NCBI RefSeq assembly: GCF_001457595.1
Contig: NZ_LN831039.1
Coordinates: 4,620,001-4,652,000 of the forward strand
Source of the DNA: Mycolicibacterium smegmatis
GTDB lineage: Bacteria; Actinomycetota; Actinomycetes; Mycobacteriales; Mycobacteriaceae
Reading direction: 5' to 3'
Length of the DNA stretch: 32,000 nucleotides
The notes under the pieces were generated by a model. It saw nothing but the letters and a program-made list of their open reading frames with translations, was not told the DNA's origin and searched no databases. Position numbers and translations under genes: made by a program. Within the stretch, counting starts at the first letter, position 1; each line of letters begins with the position of its first letter. Below are positions 13,845 through 22,071 of the stretch, piece by piece.

Positions 13845-15050
13845 ATGGCGGCGGGCCAGGTGTGGGCTGGAGTGGATGTCGGTAAAGAGCATCACTGGGT
13901 ATGTGTGGTCGACGACAGCGGGAAGGTGGTGTTGTCGCGCCGGTTGGTTAACGATGAGCAACCGATCCGAGAGCTCGTGGCTGAAATCGACGAGCTGGCC
14001 GAGCGAGTGTTGTGGGCGGTGGACCTGACCACGGTGTATGCCGCCCTGTTGTTGACGGTGCTGGCCGACGCTGGCAAAACGGTCCGGTACCTGGCCGGCC
14101 GGGCGGTGTGGCAGGCCTCGGCGACCTACCGCGGTGGGGAGGCCAAAACCGACGCCAAAGATGCACGGGTGATCGCCGACCAGTCGCGGATGCGCGGGCA
14201 GGACTTGCCCGTTCTGCATCCCAATGATGACTTGATCAGCGAGTTGCGGATGCTCACCGGCCATCGCGCCGACCTCGTGGCCGACCGCACCCGCACAATA
14301 AACCGGCTGCGCCAACAACTCGTCGCGGTCTGCCCGGCCCTGGAACGAGCCGCCCAACTGAGCCAAGACCGTGGCTGGGTGGTATTGCTGGCGCGCTACC
14401 AGCGTCCCAAAGCGATTCGGCAAAGCGGTGTTTCGCGGCTGACCAAAGTCTTGACCGATGCCGGTGTGCGCAACGCCGCCTCGATCGCGGGGGCTGCGGT
14501 GGCCGCGGTGAAAACCCAGACGGTGCGTCTGCCCGGCGAAGAGGTGGCCGCCGGGTTGGTCGCTGATCTGGCACGGGAGGTGATTGCCCTCGATGACCGC
14601 ATCAAGACCACCGACGCCGACATCGAGGGCCGATTTCGCCGCCATCCACTCGCCGAGGTGATCACCAGTATGCCCGGCATGGGATTTCGACTCGGCGCCG
14701 AACTCCTCGCTGCCGTCGGTGATCCCGCACTGATCGGATCGGCTGACCAACTCGCGGCCTGGGCCGGCCTGGCACCAGTGTCTCGAGACTCCGGAAAGCG
14801 CACCGGACGACTGCACACCCCCAAGCGCTACAGTCGCCGACTGCGCCGAGTCATGTACATGTCGGCGTTGACCGCGATCCGCTGCGACCCAGATTCCAAG
14901 GCCTACTACCAGCGCAAACGAGACGAAGGAAAGCGGCCGATCCCCGCCACCATCTGCCTGGCACGACGGCGCACCAACGTTCTCTACGCCCTCATCCGCG
15001 ACAACCGGACCTGGCAACCTGAATCACCCCCAAACATCGCGGCGGCTTGA
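13845..15050 (+). CDS. IS110-family transposase/recombinase (DEDD RuvC-like N-domain plus Tnp C-domain)
   Basis: The N-terminus ..VWAGVDVGKEHHW.. carries the first D of DEDD. The C-domain reads ITSMPGMGFRLGAELLAAVGDP..QLAAWAGLAPVSRDSGKR..RYSRRLRRVMYMSA, with the conserved Ser. AAGAGG lies upstream. The ATG at 13845 is preferred over the adjacent GTG at 13842. Confidence 0.9.
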   Translation: MAAGQVWAGVDVGKEHHWVCVVDDSGKVVLSRRLVNDEQPIRELVAEIDELAERVLWAVDLTTVYAALLLTVLADAGKTVRYLAGRAVWQASATYRGGEAKTDAKDARVIADQSRMRGQDLPVLHPNDDLISELRMLTGHRADLVADRTRTINRLRQQLVAVCPALERAAQLSQDRGWVVLLARYQRPKAIRQSGVSRLTKVLTDAGVRNAASIAGAAVAAVKTQTVRLPGEEVAAGLVADLAREVIALDDRIKTTDADIEGRFRRHPLAEVITSMPGMGFRLGAELLAAVGDPALIGSADQLAAWAGLAPVSRDSGKRTGRLHTPKRYSRRLRRVMYMSALTAIRCDPDSKAYYQRKRDEGKRPIPATICLARRRTNVLYALIRDNRTWQPESPPNIAAA

Positions 15051-15070
15051 CTTCTTCATTGAGAGTCCTT
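15047..15070 (+). promoter_or_regulatory. Outward-facing -35 box (TTGACT) at the IS right end; a complete promoter forms only when the ends are joined
   Basis: TTGACT (15047-15052) plus 17 nt (15053-15069) reaches the element end. Joining it to the left end gives TAAGTT (T15070 + 13601-13605), a TAnnnT -10 box. Confidence 0.4.
15065..15070. repeat. GTCCTT junction repeat (right copy)
   Basis: Identical to 13595-13600. Confidence 0.5.
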
Positions 15071-15085
15071 TCTGACCGCGACACT

Positions 15086-15109
15086 GTCCGCGCACAACTC
15101 GGCGCGGAC
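15086..15109 (-). terminator. GC-rich hairpin (8-bp stem, 8-nt loop) downstream of the monooxygenase pair; possible U-tail-less terminator or attenuator
   Basis: GTCCGCGC (15086-15093) and GCGCGGAC (15102-15109) are perfect complements. The hairpin lies 72 nt after the stop at 15181. In the IS-free state it would lie ~15 nt upstream of the permease RBS. There is no U-tract. Confidence 0.3.
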
Positions 15110-15180
15110 GATCGATTCGGTATGTGATGTCAGGCTGCAGCAGATCCGGTGACCGTGAAACCGATCAAATCGGCGGGATT

Positions 15181-16563
15181 CTATTGGAAATGAACCGATT
15201 TACGACGGAAGGCAGACGCGGGGTGTGCGTCCCCGAGAAGGGGTGAGTCACCGCCGAACAGGCGCTGCCGCAACGTCGTCGGATCGCCCACCGCACGGGC
15301 ACGACCGCGTCGCCGCAGTTCCGGGATCAGGTGGGTCGCGACGTCGGCGAAACTTCCCGGCGTGACGTGATAGGCGATGTTGAAACCGTCGACACCGGTC
15401 TTCTCGGCGTATGCCTCCAATTCGTCGGCCACCGTCGAACCGGACCCGACGAACAGTTCCCCACCGAATCCGCCGAGGCCACCCACGTAGTCCCGCAGTG
15501 TCAGACGTTCGCGCGTATCCGAATCGTTGACCGCGGCGAGGATCGACCGGCTCGCGTCGGTGTCGAACTGCTCGATCGGGCGGTCGACGCCGTACGTGGA
15601 CCAGTCGATTCCGCTGAGCGCCGACAGCAGCACCAGACCGCCCTCCAGGTCGTGGAACCGTGCCAGTTCGTCAGCCTTGGACCGCGCAGCCGAATCGCTG
15701 CTGTCGGTGACGATCTCGACCGAGGTGATGAACTTCAACGACCCCGGGTCGCGGCCGTGTGCGGCGGCCCGCCGTCGGACGTCGTCGATGTTGGCACGCA
15801 GCACGTCGGGACGCGGATCCGAGACGAACACCAATTCGGCGTTGCGGGCGGCGAATTCACGCCCGGCAGTCGAGGTACCGGCCTGGAACAGCACCGGTGT
15901 GCGCTGAGGTGACGGTTCGACGAGATGTGCACCAGGAACGCTGAAGTACCTGCCCTCGTGGGCGATGTCGTGCACCTTCGCCGGATCCGTGAACACACCG
16001 CGCTCACGGTCACGGACCACCGCGTCCGGTTCCCACGAGCCCTCCCACAGCTTGTAGGTGACCTCGACGAACTCCTGCGCCATTGCGTACCGCTCGTCGT
16101 GCGGGATCTGCCTGTCCCGGCCGATGATGTTGCGCGCCGCGCTGTCCAGCAGGGAGGTGACGATGTTCCACCCGATCCTGCCGCGCGTGAGGTGGTCGAG
16201 GGTGCTGAATTTACGGGCCAACAGGTATGGGCTCTCATAGGTGGTCGACACCGTGATCCCGAACCCCAGTCGCTGCGTGGCCGCGGCCATCGCCGACACC
16301 GCAAGCAACGGATCGGTGACCGGTGTCTGCACCGCCCGAGCCAGTGCCGCGCTGGCGTCGCCACCGAACACGTCGAGTTGTCCCACCGCGTCGGCGATGA
16401 ACAACAGGTCGAACCCGCCGTCGTCGAGCAGACGCGCGAGGTCCATCCAGTAGCCGATGTCGGTGTAGTCGGAGGTGCGGTCCTGCGGGTGGCGCCACAT
16501 TCCGAAGTTGCCGTGCGACACCGTCGACATGGTGAAAGCAGACAGCACATAGGGTTCGGTCAC
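15181..16563 (-). CDS. FMNH2-dependent LLM-class monooxygenase, NtaA/SnaA/DszA family
   Basis: The 611-aa track ORF was trimmed to the GTG at 16563-16561, which overlaps the upstream stop (GTGA). The N-terminus VTEPYVLSAFTMSTVSHGNFGMWRHP matches the family N-terminal pattern (..L.AF.M....H...G.WRHP). Confidence 0.85.
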   Translation of the reverse strand: MTEPYVLSAFTMSTVSHGNFGMWRHPQDRTSDYTDIGYWMDLARLLDDGGFDLLFIADAVGQLDVFGGDASAALARAVQTPVTDPLLAVSAMAAATQRLGFGITVSTTYESPYLLARKFSTLDHLTRGRIGWNIVTSLLDSAARNIIGRDRQIPHDERYAMAQEFVEVTYKLWEGSWEPDAVVRDRERGVFTDPAKVHDIAHEGRYFSVPGAHLVEPSPQRTPVLFQAGTSTAGREFAARNAELVFVSDPRPDVLRANIDDVRRRAAAHGRDPGSLKFITSVEIVTDSSDSAARSKADELARFHDLEGGLVLLSALSGIDWSTYGVDRPIEQFDTDASRSILAAVNDSDTRERLTLRDYVGGLGGFGGELFVGSGSTVADELEAYAEKTGVDGFNIAYHVTPGSFADVATHLIPELRRRGRARAVGDPTTLRQRLFGGDSPLLGDAHPASAFRRKSVHFQ

Positions 16564-17894
16564 GACACCGACCTCTGCGGGATGTCCAGGCCCAGATGCG
16601 CACGCAGCGTCGTACCGGTGTACTCGTGGCGGAACAGCCCACGCTTGCGCAGCACCGGCACCACCTGTTCGACGAAGAGTTCGTGCTGGCCCGGCAATCC
16701 GGAATCGCGCAGGACGAACCCGTCGGCGGCCCCGGTGGTGAACCACTCCTCGATGGTGTCGGCGATGCGTTCGGGTGTTCCCACAACCGCGGCACCCCAC
16801 CCGTTCACCGTGCGGTACAGGAACTCCCGCACCGTCGGGTTGCCCTCGCTCGCCAGATGGCGGTAGCCCGCGAGAGCGGTCTGATGGGTTTCGGTGTGCT
16901 CGGGGAACGCCGAGTCCGGGACCGGACCGTCCAGGTCGGCGCCGGTGACATCGACGTCGACCTCCAACAACCATCCGGCCTGGTACCCGGGGCTGAAGTA
17001 TTCGTACTCCTCGCACTCGGCACGACGGGCTTCCTCGTCGGTCGAACCGACGATGTAGCGCAGCGACGGTGTGATCAGCGGTGGCGCGCCACGTCCGAAT
17101 TGCCGTGACTGCTCGTGGATCTGGCCGTAGAACGTCTGTGCGCGCTCGCGGTTGCCGTGGCTGGTGAAGATCACCTCGGCGTGCCTGGCAGCGAAAGCGC
17201 GTCCGGTTTCGGAGGATCCGGCCTGGAAGAGCACCGGCTGCCCCTGCGCTGAACGCGCCGCGCCGATCGGGCCTGCGACGTCGAAGTAGCGTCCGTGATG
17301 GTTGGCCGGCCGGATCCGGCCGACATCGTTGAAGATTCCCGCCGGGCGGTCCTCGACGATGGTGTCCTCACCCCATTCGTCCCACAGCTTGCGGACCACC
17401 TCGAGTGCTTCCTCGGCGATGGCGTAGCGATCGTCGTGGTCGATCACGCCGCGCGCACTGAAATTGTCCGCCGCTGCCCGCGCGAAGCTGGTCACCAGGT
17501 TCCAGCCGGCCCGGCCACCGCTGAGGTGATCGAGCGAGAGAAGCTGGCGCGCCAGGTGATACGGGTGCGCCAGCGTCGCCGATCCCGTCACGACGAGACC
17601 GATGTGCTCGGTCACCGACGACAGCGCCGCAGTGGCGGTGAGCGGTTCGAAGTCCTCGGTGATCTTGTACGCCCACGTCGCAGGCGGGCCATAGTTCAAG
17701 CCGTCGGCGAAGAACAACGCGTCGAAGGTTCCGGCCTCGGCGGTCTGCGCGTAAGCGATCAGCCGGCGTCGCACCCCCGCAGGCGTGTTGTCGGCGGCGG
17801 GATGGCGCCACGGACCGGCTGACCGGGTGTTGCCAAAGGCCAGCAGATGAAGCTCTCTGGTCACTCCCGCGAAGTTACGGCTCACGAATGCCAC
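16560..17894 (-). CDS. FMNH2-dependent LLM-class monooxygenase, NtaA/SnaA/DszA family (paralogue)
   Basis: 444 aa. It carries ..RELHLLAFGNTRSAGPWRHP.. and the shared blocks LDHLSGGRAGWNLVTS and PVLFQAGSSETGRAFAARHAEVIF. An alternative GTG start at 17864 is possible. Confidence 0.85.
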   Translation of the reverse strand: MAFVSRNFAGVTRELHLLAFGNTRSAGPWRHPAADNTPAGVRRRLIAYAQTAEAGTFDALFFADGLNYGPPATWAYKITEDFEPLTATAALSSVTEHIGLVVTGSATLAHPYHLARQLLSLDHLSGGRAGWNLVTSFARAAADNFSARGVIDHDDRYAIAEEALEVVRKLWDEWGEDTIVEDRPAGIFNDVGRIRPANHHGRYFDVAGPIGAARSAQGQPVLFQAGSSETGRAFAARHAEVIFTSHGNRERAQTFYGQIHEQSRQFGRGAPPLITPSLRYIVGSTDEEARRAECEEYEYFSPGYQAGWLLEVDVDVTGADLDGPVPDSAFPEHTETHQTALAGYRHLASEGNPTVREFLYRTVNGWGAAVVGTPERIADTIEEWFTTGAADGFVLRDSGLPGQHELFVEQVVPVLRKRGLFRHEYTGTTLRAHLGLDIPQRSVS

Positions 17895-17965
17895 AGCCCA
17901 GGTTTGTGCTCAGCGCGAGGCAATCCCGTCACCGCACCTTCTCCCGACAGTCGATCGGCCATACG

Positions 17966-18472
17966 ATGACGGGCGTGAGCACCGCAGAGCCCCACCGCAC
18001 CGACACCACCCCTGCCCTGTCCCCCGTCGCCGCGAACCTCGAAGCGGTCGCCGAGAAGCTGGGCGTCAAGTCCGTCCTGGTGATGCGTTCCGAACCGGAC
18101 TCCATGGTGGTCGCGGCAACCGCGGGCGAGGCGACCAAGCACTACACCGTCGGCGCCGCCGGAAGGAAGGCCGGTTCCGACGCCGGGCGGGTTCCGTTGT
18201 ACTGCGAGCGTGTCGTCGCGTCCGACGAGACCCTGTTCGTGCGGGACTCACGCCAGGACAACACCTTCGCCGGCAACGAGGACGAGACCGAGTTCGGGCT
18301 GAGCAACTACCTGGGGCTCGCCGTTCACGACGGTTCCGGCAACGTTGTGGGCACCGTATGCGTGCTCGACGACACCGCACGGGACTATTCCGACGACGAC
18401 CGCAGGGAGCTCGAGGAGCTACGCGCGCAGGTCGAGCAGATCGTCGCGCGCGACGACACGGCCCTGGGCTGA
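17966..18472 (+). CDS. Stand-alone GAF-domain protein
   Basis: The track ORF was trimmed to the ATG at 17966 (MTGVSTAE..). The GAF-like core reads ..SVLVMRSEPDSMVVAATAG...PLYCERVVASDETLFVRD...NYLGLAVHDGSGNVVGTVCVLD. No output domain is present. Confidence 0.65.
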   Translation: MTGVSTAEPHRTDTTPALSPVAANLEAVAEKLGVKSVLVMRSEPDSMVVAATAGEATKHYTVGAAGRKAGSDAGRVPLYCERVVASDETLFVRDSRQDNTFAGNEDETEFGLSNYLGLAVHDGSGNVVGTVCVLDDTARDYSDDDRRELEELRAQVEQIVARDDTALG

Positions 18473-18489
18473 ATACGGCCTGAACTCAG

Positions 18490-19194
18490 CTACTCGATGT
18501 TGGCCACGATCTGGTCGACGATCTCGCTCGCCTGATCTTCGACGCCCTCGCCGCAGGCCCACGCCTCGGCGACGAGATTGGCCGCCACCGACAGTGCGTG
18601 GTGACAGCCGCCGCGCACCGCGGTGTCGGGTACCGACAATTGGCTGATCGTGGACTCCTCCGCGGTGACCTCGCCGACCACCCACTCCAGCGGCATCTGG
18701 TCGATGTCGTAGGTGGTGAGGGTTCCCACGCACCCACGCCAGGTTTCGCGTGACTGGTCGAAGAAGTCGCGCGCATGCAGATCTGACGTGAACAACACGA
18801 CGACCTGCTCGATCCAGTGCGGACTGAACGAGCCGGGTTCACGCACGATCTGGTCGCGCACCGCGGTCCATCCGGTGCCCGCATAGACCCGCTCCTGTGC
18901 ACCGAAAGCCGCTGCGAGGCAATCGGGATCGTCCATCGCCGCCGAGCTGTCGTTGAACTGGTCGAGTTCGACGGTCACGGTCAGGTCGTCGGAGCCGACG
19001 ATGTCGCCCAGCTCGCTGACCGGCAGCAACAGGTTGTCGAGATCCACCTCGGTCACCGCGGCCCCGGGCGGCGGTGCCGCCGGGTCCCGCGTCGCCGTCC
19101 CACCGACGACGGTGACGCACCCGGACAGCAGACACATGACCGCCGCGGCGGCACACGCGGTGCACAGCCGGGTCCATCGCCGCCCGGGCGTCAT
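18490..19194 (-). CDS. Lipoprotein with PknH-like extracellular sensor domain (LppR-type)
   Basis: Signal peptide plus lipobox LLSGC. The mature domain has four Cys (DPDC, WRGC, GGCH, WACG) in the spacing of the two-disulfide PknH_C fold. It lies downstream of lepA, like Rv2403c lppR (recalled synteny). Confidence 0.78.
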   Translation of the reverse strand: MTPGRRWTRLCTACAAAAVMCLLSGCVTVVGGTATRDPAAPPPGAAVTEVDLDNLLLPVSELGDIVGSDDLTVTVELDQFNDSSAAMDDPDCLAAAFGAQERVYAGTGWTAVRDQIVREPGSFSPHWIEQVVVLFTSDLHARDFFDQSRETWRGCVGTLTTYDIDQMPLEWVVGEVTAEESTISQLSVPDTAVRGGCHHALSVAANLVAEAWACGEGVEDQASEIVDQIVANIE

Positions 19195-19222
19195 GATTCA
19201 TTGTCGCTCGCCGCGCGACTTT

Positions 19223-19996
19223 TCAGGTCAGATCGCTGATCTCGTCCATGACCAGGTGCGCGATGTCGATCGCCACCGCGTCGACATCGGTGTTGCCCCT
19301 CGGACGGCTCTCCGGCTCGCTGTAGTACGCCACATCCACCTCGACGAGGCAGTTGGCCCGCACGCCGAGCGCACGGGCCACGGGAGTGATCAGGCTGTCG
19401 AGGGTATGGCCGAACTCGACGGTGGCCGCGACGACCGCATTCTCGATCCGCACATCGGTCACGTGATCGGTGAAGAATCCGCCCCGAACCGGTTCCTTGA
19501 CGATCGTGACGGTGGTGCCGTCGCAGTCCTGCCACTGCTCGGCGAACGTGTCGAAGAGCTTGTTGGCACTCGCGACGCTGTCGAGAGCCACCACGCCGAC
19601 GTTTGCGGCGAGCACCGCGCCGCCGTCCTCGTCGCCGTCGAACCCCTCGCTGACCACCTCGGTGACATCGGCGGACTCGTACACGCTGCGCTGCATGGCG
19701 CTCGTCGTGCCGACGCAATCATGCGGCGTCGCATCGCTTTCCGTCGCCAGCCCGTCGGGCATGTCCTCGATGCCACCCGATACGGCGCGGCGCCCGCCGA
19801 TGTCCTCGACCATGCGCTGATCCAGGATCTCCGAGAGTTCGTCGACGCCGGGCAACACCCTCGCGATGTCGGCTCCGCGCAGCGGCCGTGGCGCCAGATC
19901 CGCGGCCGGTTGCATCGACCCGTCGACGATCCTGGTGCAGCCCACCACCAGCACCAGGGACGCAGCCACCACCGACCACTTGGCGATCGTCGTCAT
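19223..19996 (-). CDS. Second PknH-like sensor-domain lipoprotein (tandem paralogue)
   Basis: The ATG at 19996 (MTTIAKWSVVAASLVLVVGC) is preferred over 20020 because of the G-rich SD-like tract and a canonical lipoprotein n-region. The lipobox is LVVGC. The mature domain has three Cys. Confidence 0.72.
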   Translation of the reverse strand: MTTIAKWSVVAASLVLVVGCTRIVDGSMQPAADLAPRPLRGADIARVLPGVDELSEILDQRMVEDIGGRRAVSGGIEDMPDGLATESDATPHDCVGTTSAMQRSVYESADVTEVVSEGFDGDEDGGAVLAANVGVVALDSVASANKLFDTFAEQWQDCDGTTVTIVKEPVRGGFFTDHVTDVRIENAVVAATVEFGHTLDSLITPVARALGVRANCLVEVDVAYYSEPESRPRGNTDVDAVAIDIAHLVMDEISDLT

Positions 19997-20094
19997 CAGC
20001 AACCACCCCCCGCAGTGCATACCTTCTCATGACCCTACTACGGGTCACACGTCAGCAAACGTGCGAAACGTGGCAGCCGTTCAGGCGGTGCGGG

Positions 20095-22071
20095 CTACTT
20101 CTTGGGCTTGTCGCCCGCCGCGTCGGTGGACAGCGCCGCGACGAATGCCTCCTGCGGCACGTCGACCCGGCCGATCGTCTTCATGCGCTTCTTGCCCTCT
20201 TTCTGCTTCTCGAGCAGCTTGCGCTTACGGGTGATGTCACCGCCGTAGCACTTCGAGAGCACGTCCTTGCGGATGGCCCGGATGTTTTCGCGCGCAATGA
20301 TTCTCGAGCCGATCGCGGCCTGCACCGGGACCTCGAACTGCTGTCGCGGGATCAGTTCTTTGAGCTTGGAGGTCATCTTGTTGCCGTAGGCCGACGCACC
20401 GTCCTTGTGGACGATAGCCGAGAACGCGTCGACGGCCTCGCCCTGCAGCAGGATGTCGACCTTGACCAGATCGGCCTCCTGCTCACCGGCCTCCTCGTAG
20501 TCGAGGCTCGCGTAGCCGCGGGTGCGGGACTTCAGCGAGTCGAAGAAGTCGAAGATGATCTCGCCCAACGGCATGATGTAGCGCAGTTCGACACGCTCGG
20601 GCGACAGGTAGTCCATGCCCTGCAGTTCGCCGCGACGGGACTGGCACAGCTCCATGATGGTGCCGATGAACTCGCTGGGCGCGATGATCGTGGTCTTCAC
20701 GACGGGCTCGAACACCGTGCGGATCTTGCCTTCCGGCCAGTCCGACGGGTTCGTCACGACCTTCTCGGAACCGTCGTCCTGCACGACGCGGTACACCACG
20801 TTGGGTGAGGTGGAGATCAGGTCCAGGCCGAACTCGCGCTCCAGGCGTTCACGGGTGATCTCCATGTGCAGCAGTCCGAGGAAGCCGCAGCGGAACCCGA
20901 AGCCCAGGGCCACCGAGGTCTCCGGCTCATACGTCAGTGCGGCGTCGTTGAGTTGCAGCTTGTCCAGCGCGTCACGCAGATCCGGGTAGTCCGAACCGTC
21001 GACGGGATACAGGCCCGAGTACACCATCGGCTTGGGCTCGCGATAACCCGTGAGCGCCTCGGTCGCGCCCTTGCGCGCCGTGGTCACCGTGTCACCGACC
21101 TTCGACTGGCGGACGTCCTTCACACCCGTGATCAGGTAACCGACCTCACCGACGCCCAGGCCCGCACTGGCCTTCGGTTCCGGTGAGACGATGCCGACCT
21201 CGTGCAGTTCATGGGTGGCGCCGGTGGACATCATCGCGATGCGTTCGCGCGGCACGATCTTGCCGTCGACCACACGGACGTAGGTCACCACGCCGCGGTA
21301 GATGTCGTACACGGAGTCGAAGATCATCGCGCGCGTCGGGGCGTCGGGGTCACCGACCGGCGGCGGCACCTTACGCACCACCTCGTCGAGCAGCTCGGCC
21401 ACGCCTTCGCCGGTCTTGCCCGAGACACGCAGCACGTCCGACGGCTCACACCCGATGATGTGGGCGAGCTCGTCGGCATAGCGGTCCGGGTCAGCGGCGG
21501 GCAGGTCGATCTTGTTGAGCACCGGGATGATCGCCAGGTCGCGGTCCAGCGCCAGGTACAGGTTGGCCAGCGTCTGCGCCTCGATGCCCTGCGCCGCGTC
21601 GACCAGCAGCACCGCGCCCTCGCAGGCCTCCAGCGCGCGCGACACCTCGTAGGTGAAGTCGACGTGGCCCGGGGTGTCGATCAGGTGCAGCACGTAATCA
21701 CCCGCGTCCGCGCCGTCTTGGCCGTCCTTCAGCGTCCACGGAAGCCGGACGTTCTGAGCCTTGATGGTGATCCCGCGCTCACGTTCGATGTCCATGCGGT
21801 CGAGGTACTGGGCCCGCATCGACCGCTCATCGACAACACCGGTGAGCTGCAGCATCCGGTCGGCCAGCGTCGACTTGCCGTGGTCGATGTGGGCGATGAT
21901 GCAGAAGTTCCGAATCTGCGCCGGCGCAGTGAACGTCTTGTCGGCGAAGCTGCTGATGGGAATCTCCTGGTGAGCGTGGGTCAAGCGCACGTGTTGTGCG
22001 CTTCCAGGGTATCGAGCGCGACCCGTTGCGACACAATCGCCGGGTCTGCCGCTGGCATATGCTCGATTCAT
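20095..22071 (-). CDS. lepA: Translation elongation factor 4 (LepA)
   Basis: The G-domain motifs are [14 protein letters not shown] and NKID, and the LepA-specific C-terminal domain is present. The start is uncertain: ATG at 22071 gives 658 aa, GTG at 21990 is an alternative, and neither has a clear SD. Confidence 0.93.
   Translation of the reverse strand: MNRAYASGRPGDCVATGRARYPGSAQHVRLTHAHQEIPISSFADKTFTAPAQIRNFCIIAHIDHGKSTLADRMLQLTGVVDERSMRAQYLDRMDIERERGITIKAQNVRLPWTLKDGQDGADAGDYVLHLIDTPGHVDFTYEVSRALEACEGAVLLVDAAQGIEAQTLANLYLALDRDLAIIPVLNKIDLPAADPDRYADELAHIIGCEPSDVLRVSGKTGEGVAELLDEVVRKVPPPVGDPDAPTRAMIFDSVYDIYRGVVTYVRVVDGKIVPRERIAMMSTGATHELHEVGIVSPEPKASAGLGVGEVGYLITGVKDVRQSKVGDTVTTARKGATEALTGYREPKPMVYSGLYPVDGSDYPDLRDALDKLQLNDAALTYEPETSVALGFGFRCGFLGLLHMEITRERLEREFGLDLISTSPNVVYRVVQDDGSEKVVTNPSDWPEGKIRTVFEPVVKTTIIAPSEFIGTIMELCQSRRGELQGMDYLSPERVELRYIMPLGEIIFDFFDSLKSRTRGYASLDYEEAGEQEADLVKVDILLQGEAVDAFSAIVHKDGASAYGNKMTSKLKELIPRQQFEVPVQAAIGSRIIARENIRAIRKDVLSKCYGGDITRKRKLLEKQKEGKKRMKTIGRVDVPQEAFVAALSTDAAGDKPKK

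Larger units (their letters stand above)
13595..15070 (+). mobile_element. IS110-family insertion sequence (IS900/IS1110-like subgroup), about 1470 bp. Boundaries are ambiguous within the 6-bp repeat (13595-15064 or 13601-15070).
   Basis: It holds a single DEDD/IS110-type transposase and has no terminal inverted repeats. There is a long ~240-bp non-coding left end and a ~20-bp right end. GTCCTT is present at both junctions. The insertion site (CACGGTGGTG/TCCTT on the + strand) resembles the CATGN4-6/CNCCTT target of IS900-type elements (recalled). G+C is locally lower. Confidence 0.8.

Noticed and set aside
13599-15017. A 472-aa ORF antisense to the whole IS110 transposase gene. It ends (TAA 13601-13599) right at the IS boundary, 10 nt before the permease GTG, and is reminiscent of the 'hed' ORF described on the complementary strand of IS900.
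   Set aside because: Its composition (G/R/A/P/H-rich, no recognisable motif) is typical of antisense frames of high-GC genes, where stop codons are rare. There is no SD or plausible start context at 15017. I kept it only as a note because read-through translation ending next to the permease SD could matter, and Ribo-seq would settle that.
16564-17016. N-terminal extensions of trimmed ORFs: 16564-17016 (monooxygenase), 23476-23904 (ATPase), 24498-24767 (permease), 30881-31312 (DUF222), 30879-30977 (rnz), 8756-8947 (oxidoreductase), 17888-17965 (GAF), 22072-22212 (lepA).
   Set aside because: In each case the extension overlaps the preceding gene in another frame and is Arg/Pro-rich nonsense. 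A start codon exactly overlapping the upstream stop (ATGA/GTGA), or one with a good SD, gives the family-typical N-terminus.
20040-20057. Hairpin TGACCC-N6-GGGTCA downstream of lepA, and the nearby direct repeat CACGTTT(C/G)GC x2 (about 20058-20075, minus-strand sense), as a terminator or regulatory motif.
   Set aside because: The stem is only 6 bp with no U-tract, and it lies in the 5' region of the next co-directional lipoprotein gene. The evidence is insufficient to call a terminator or operator.
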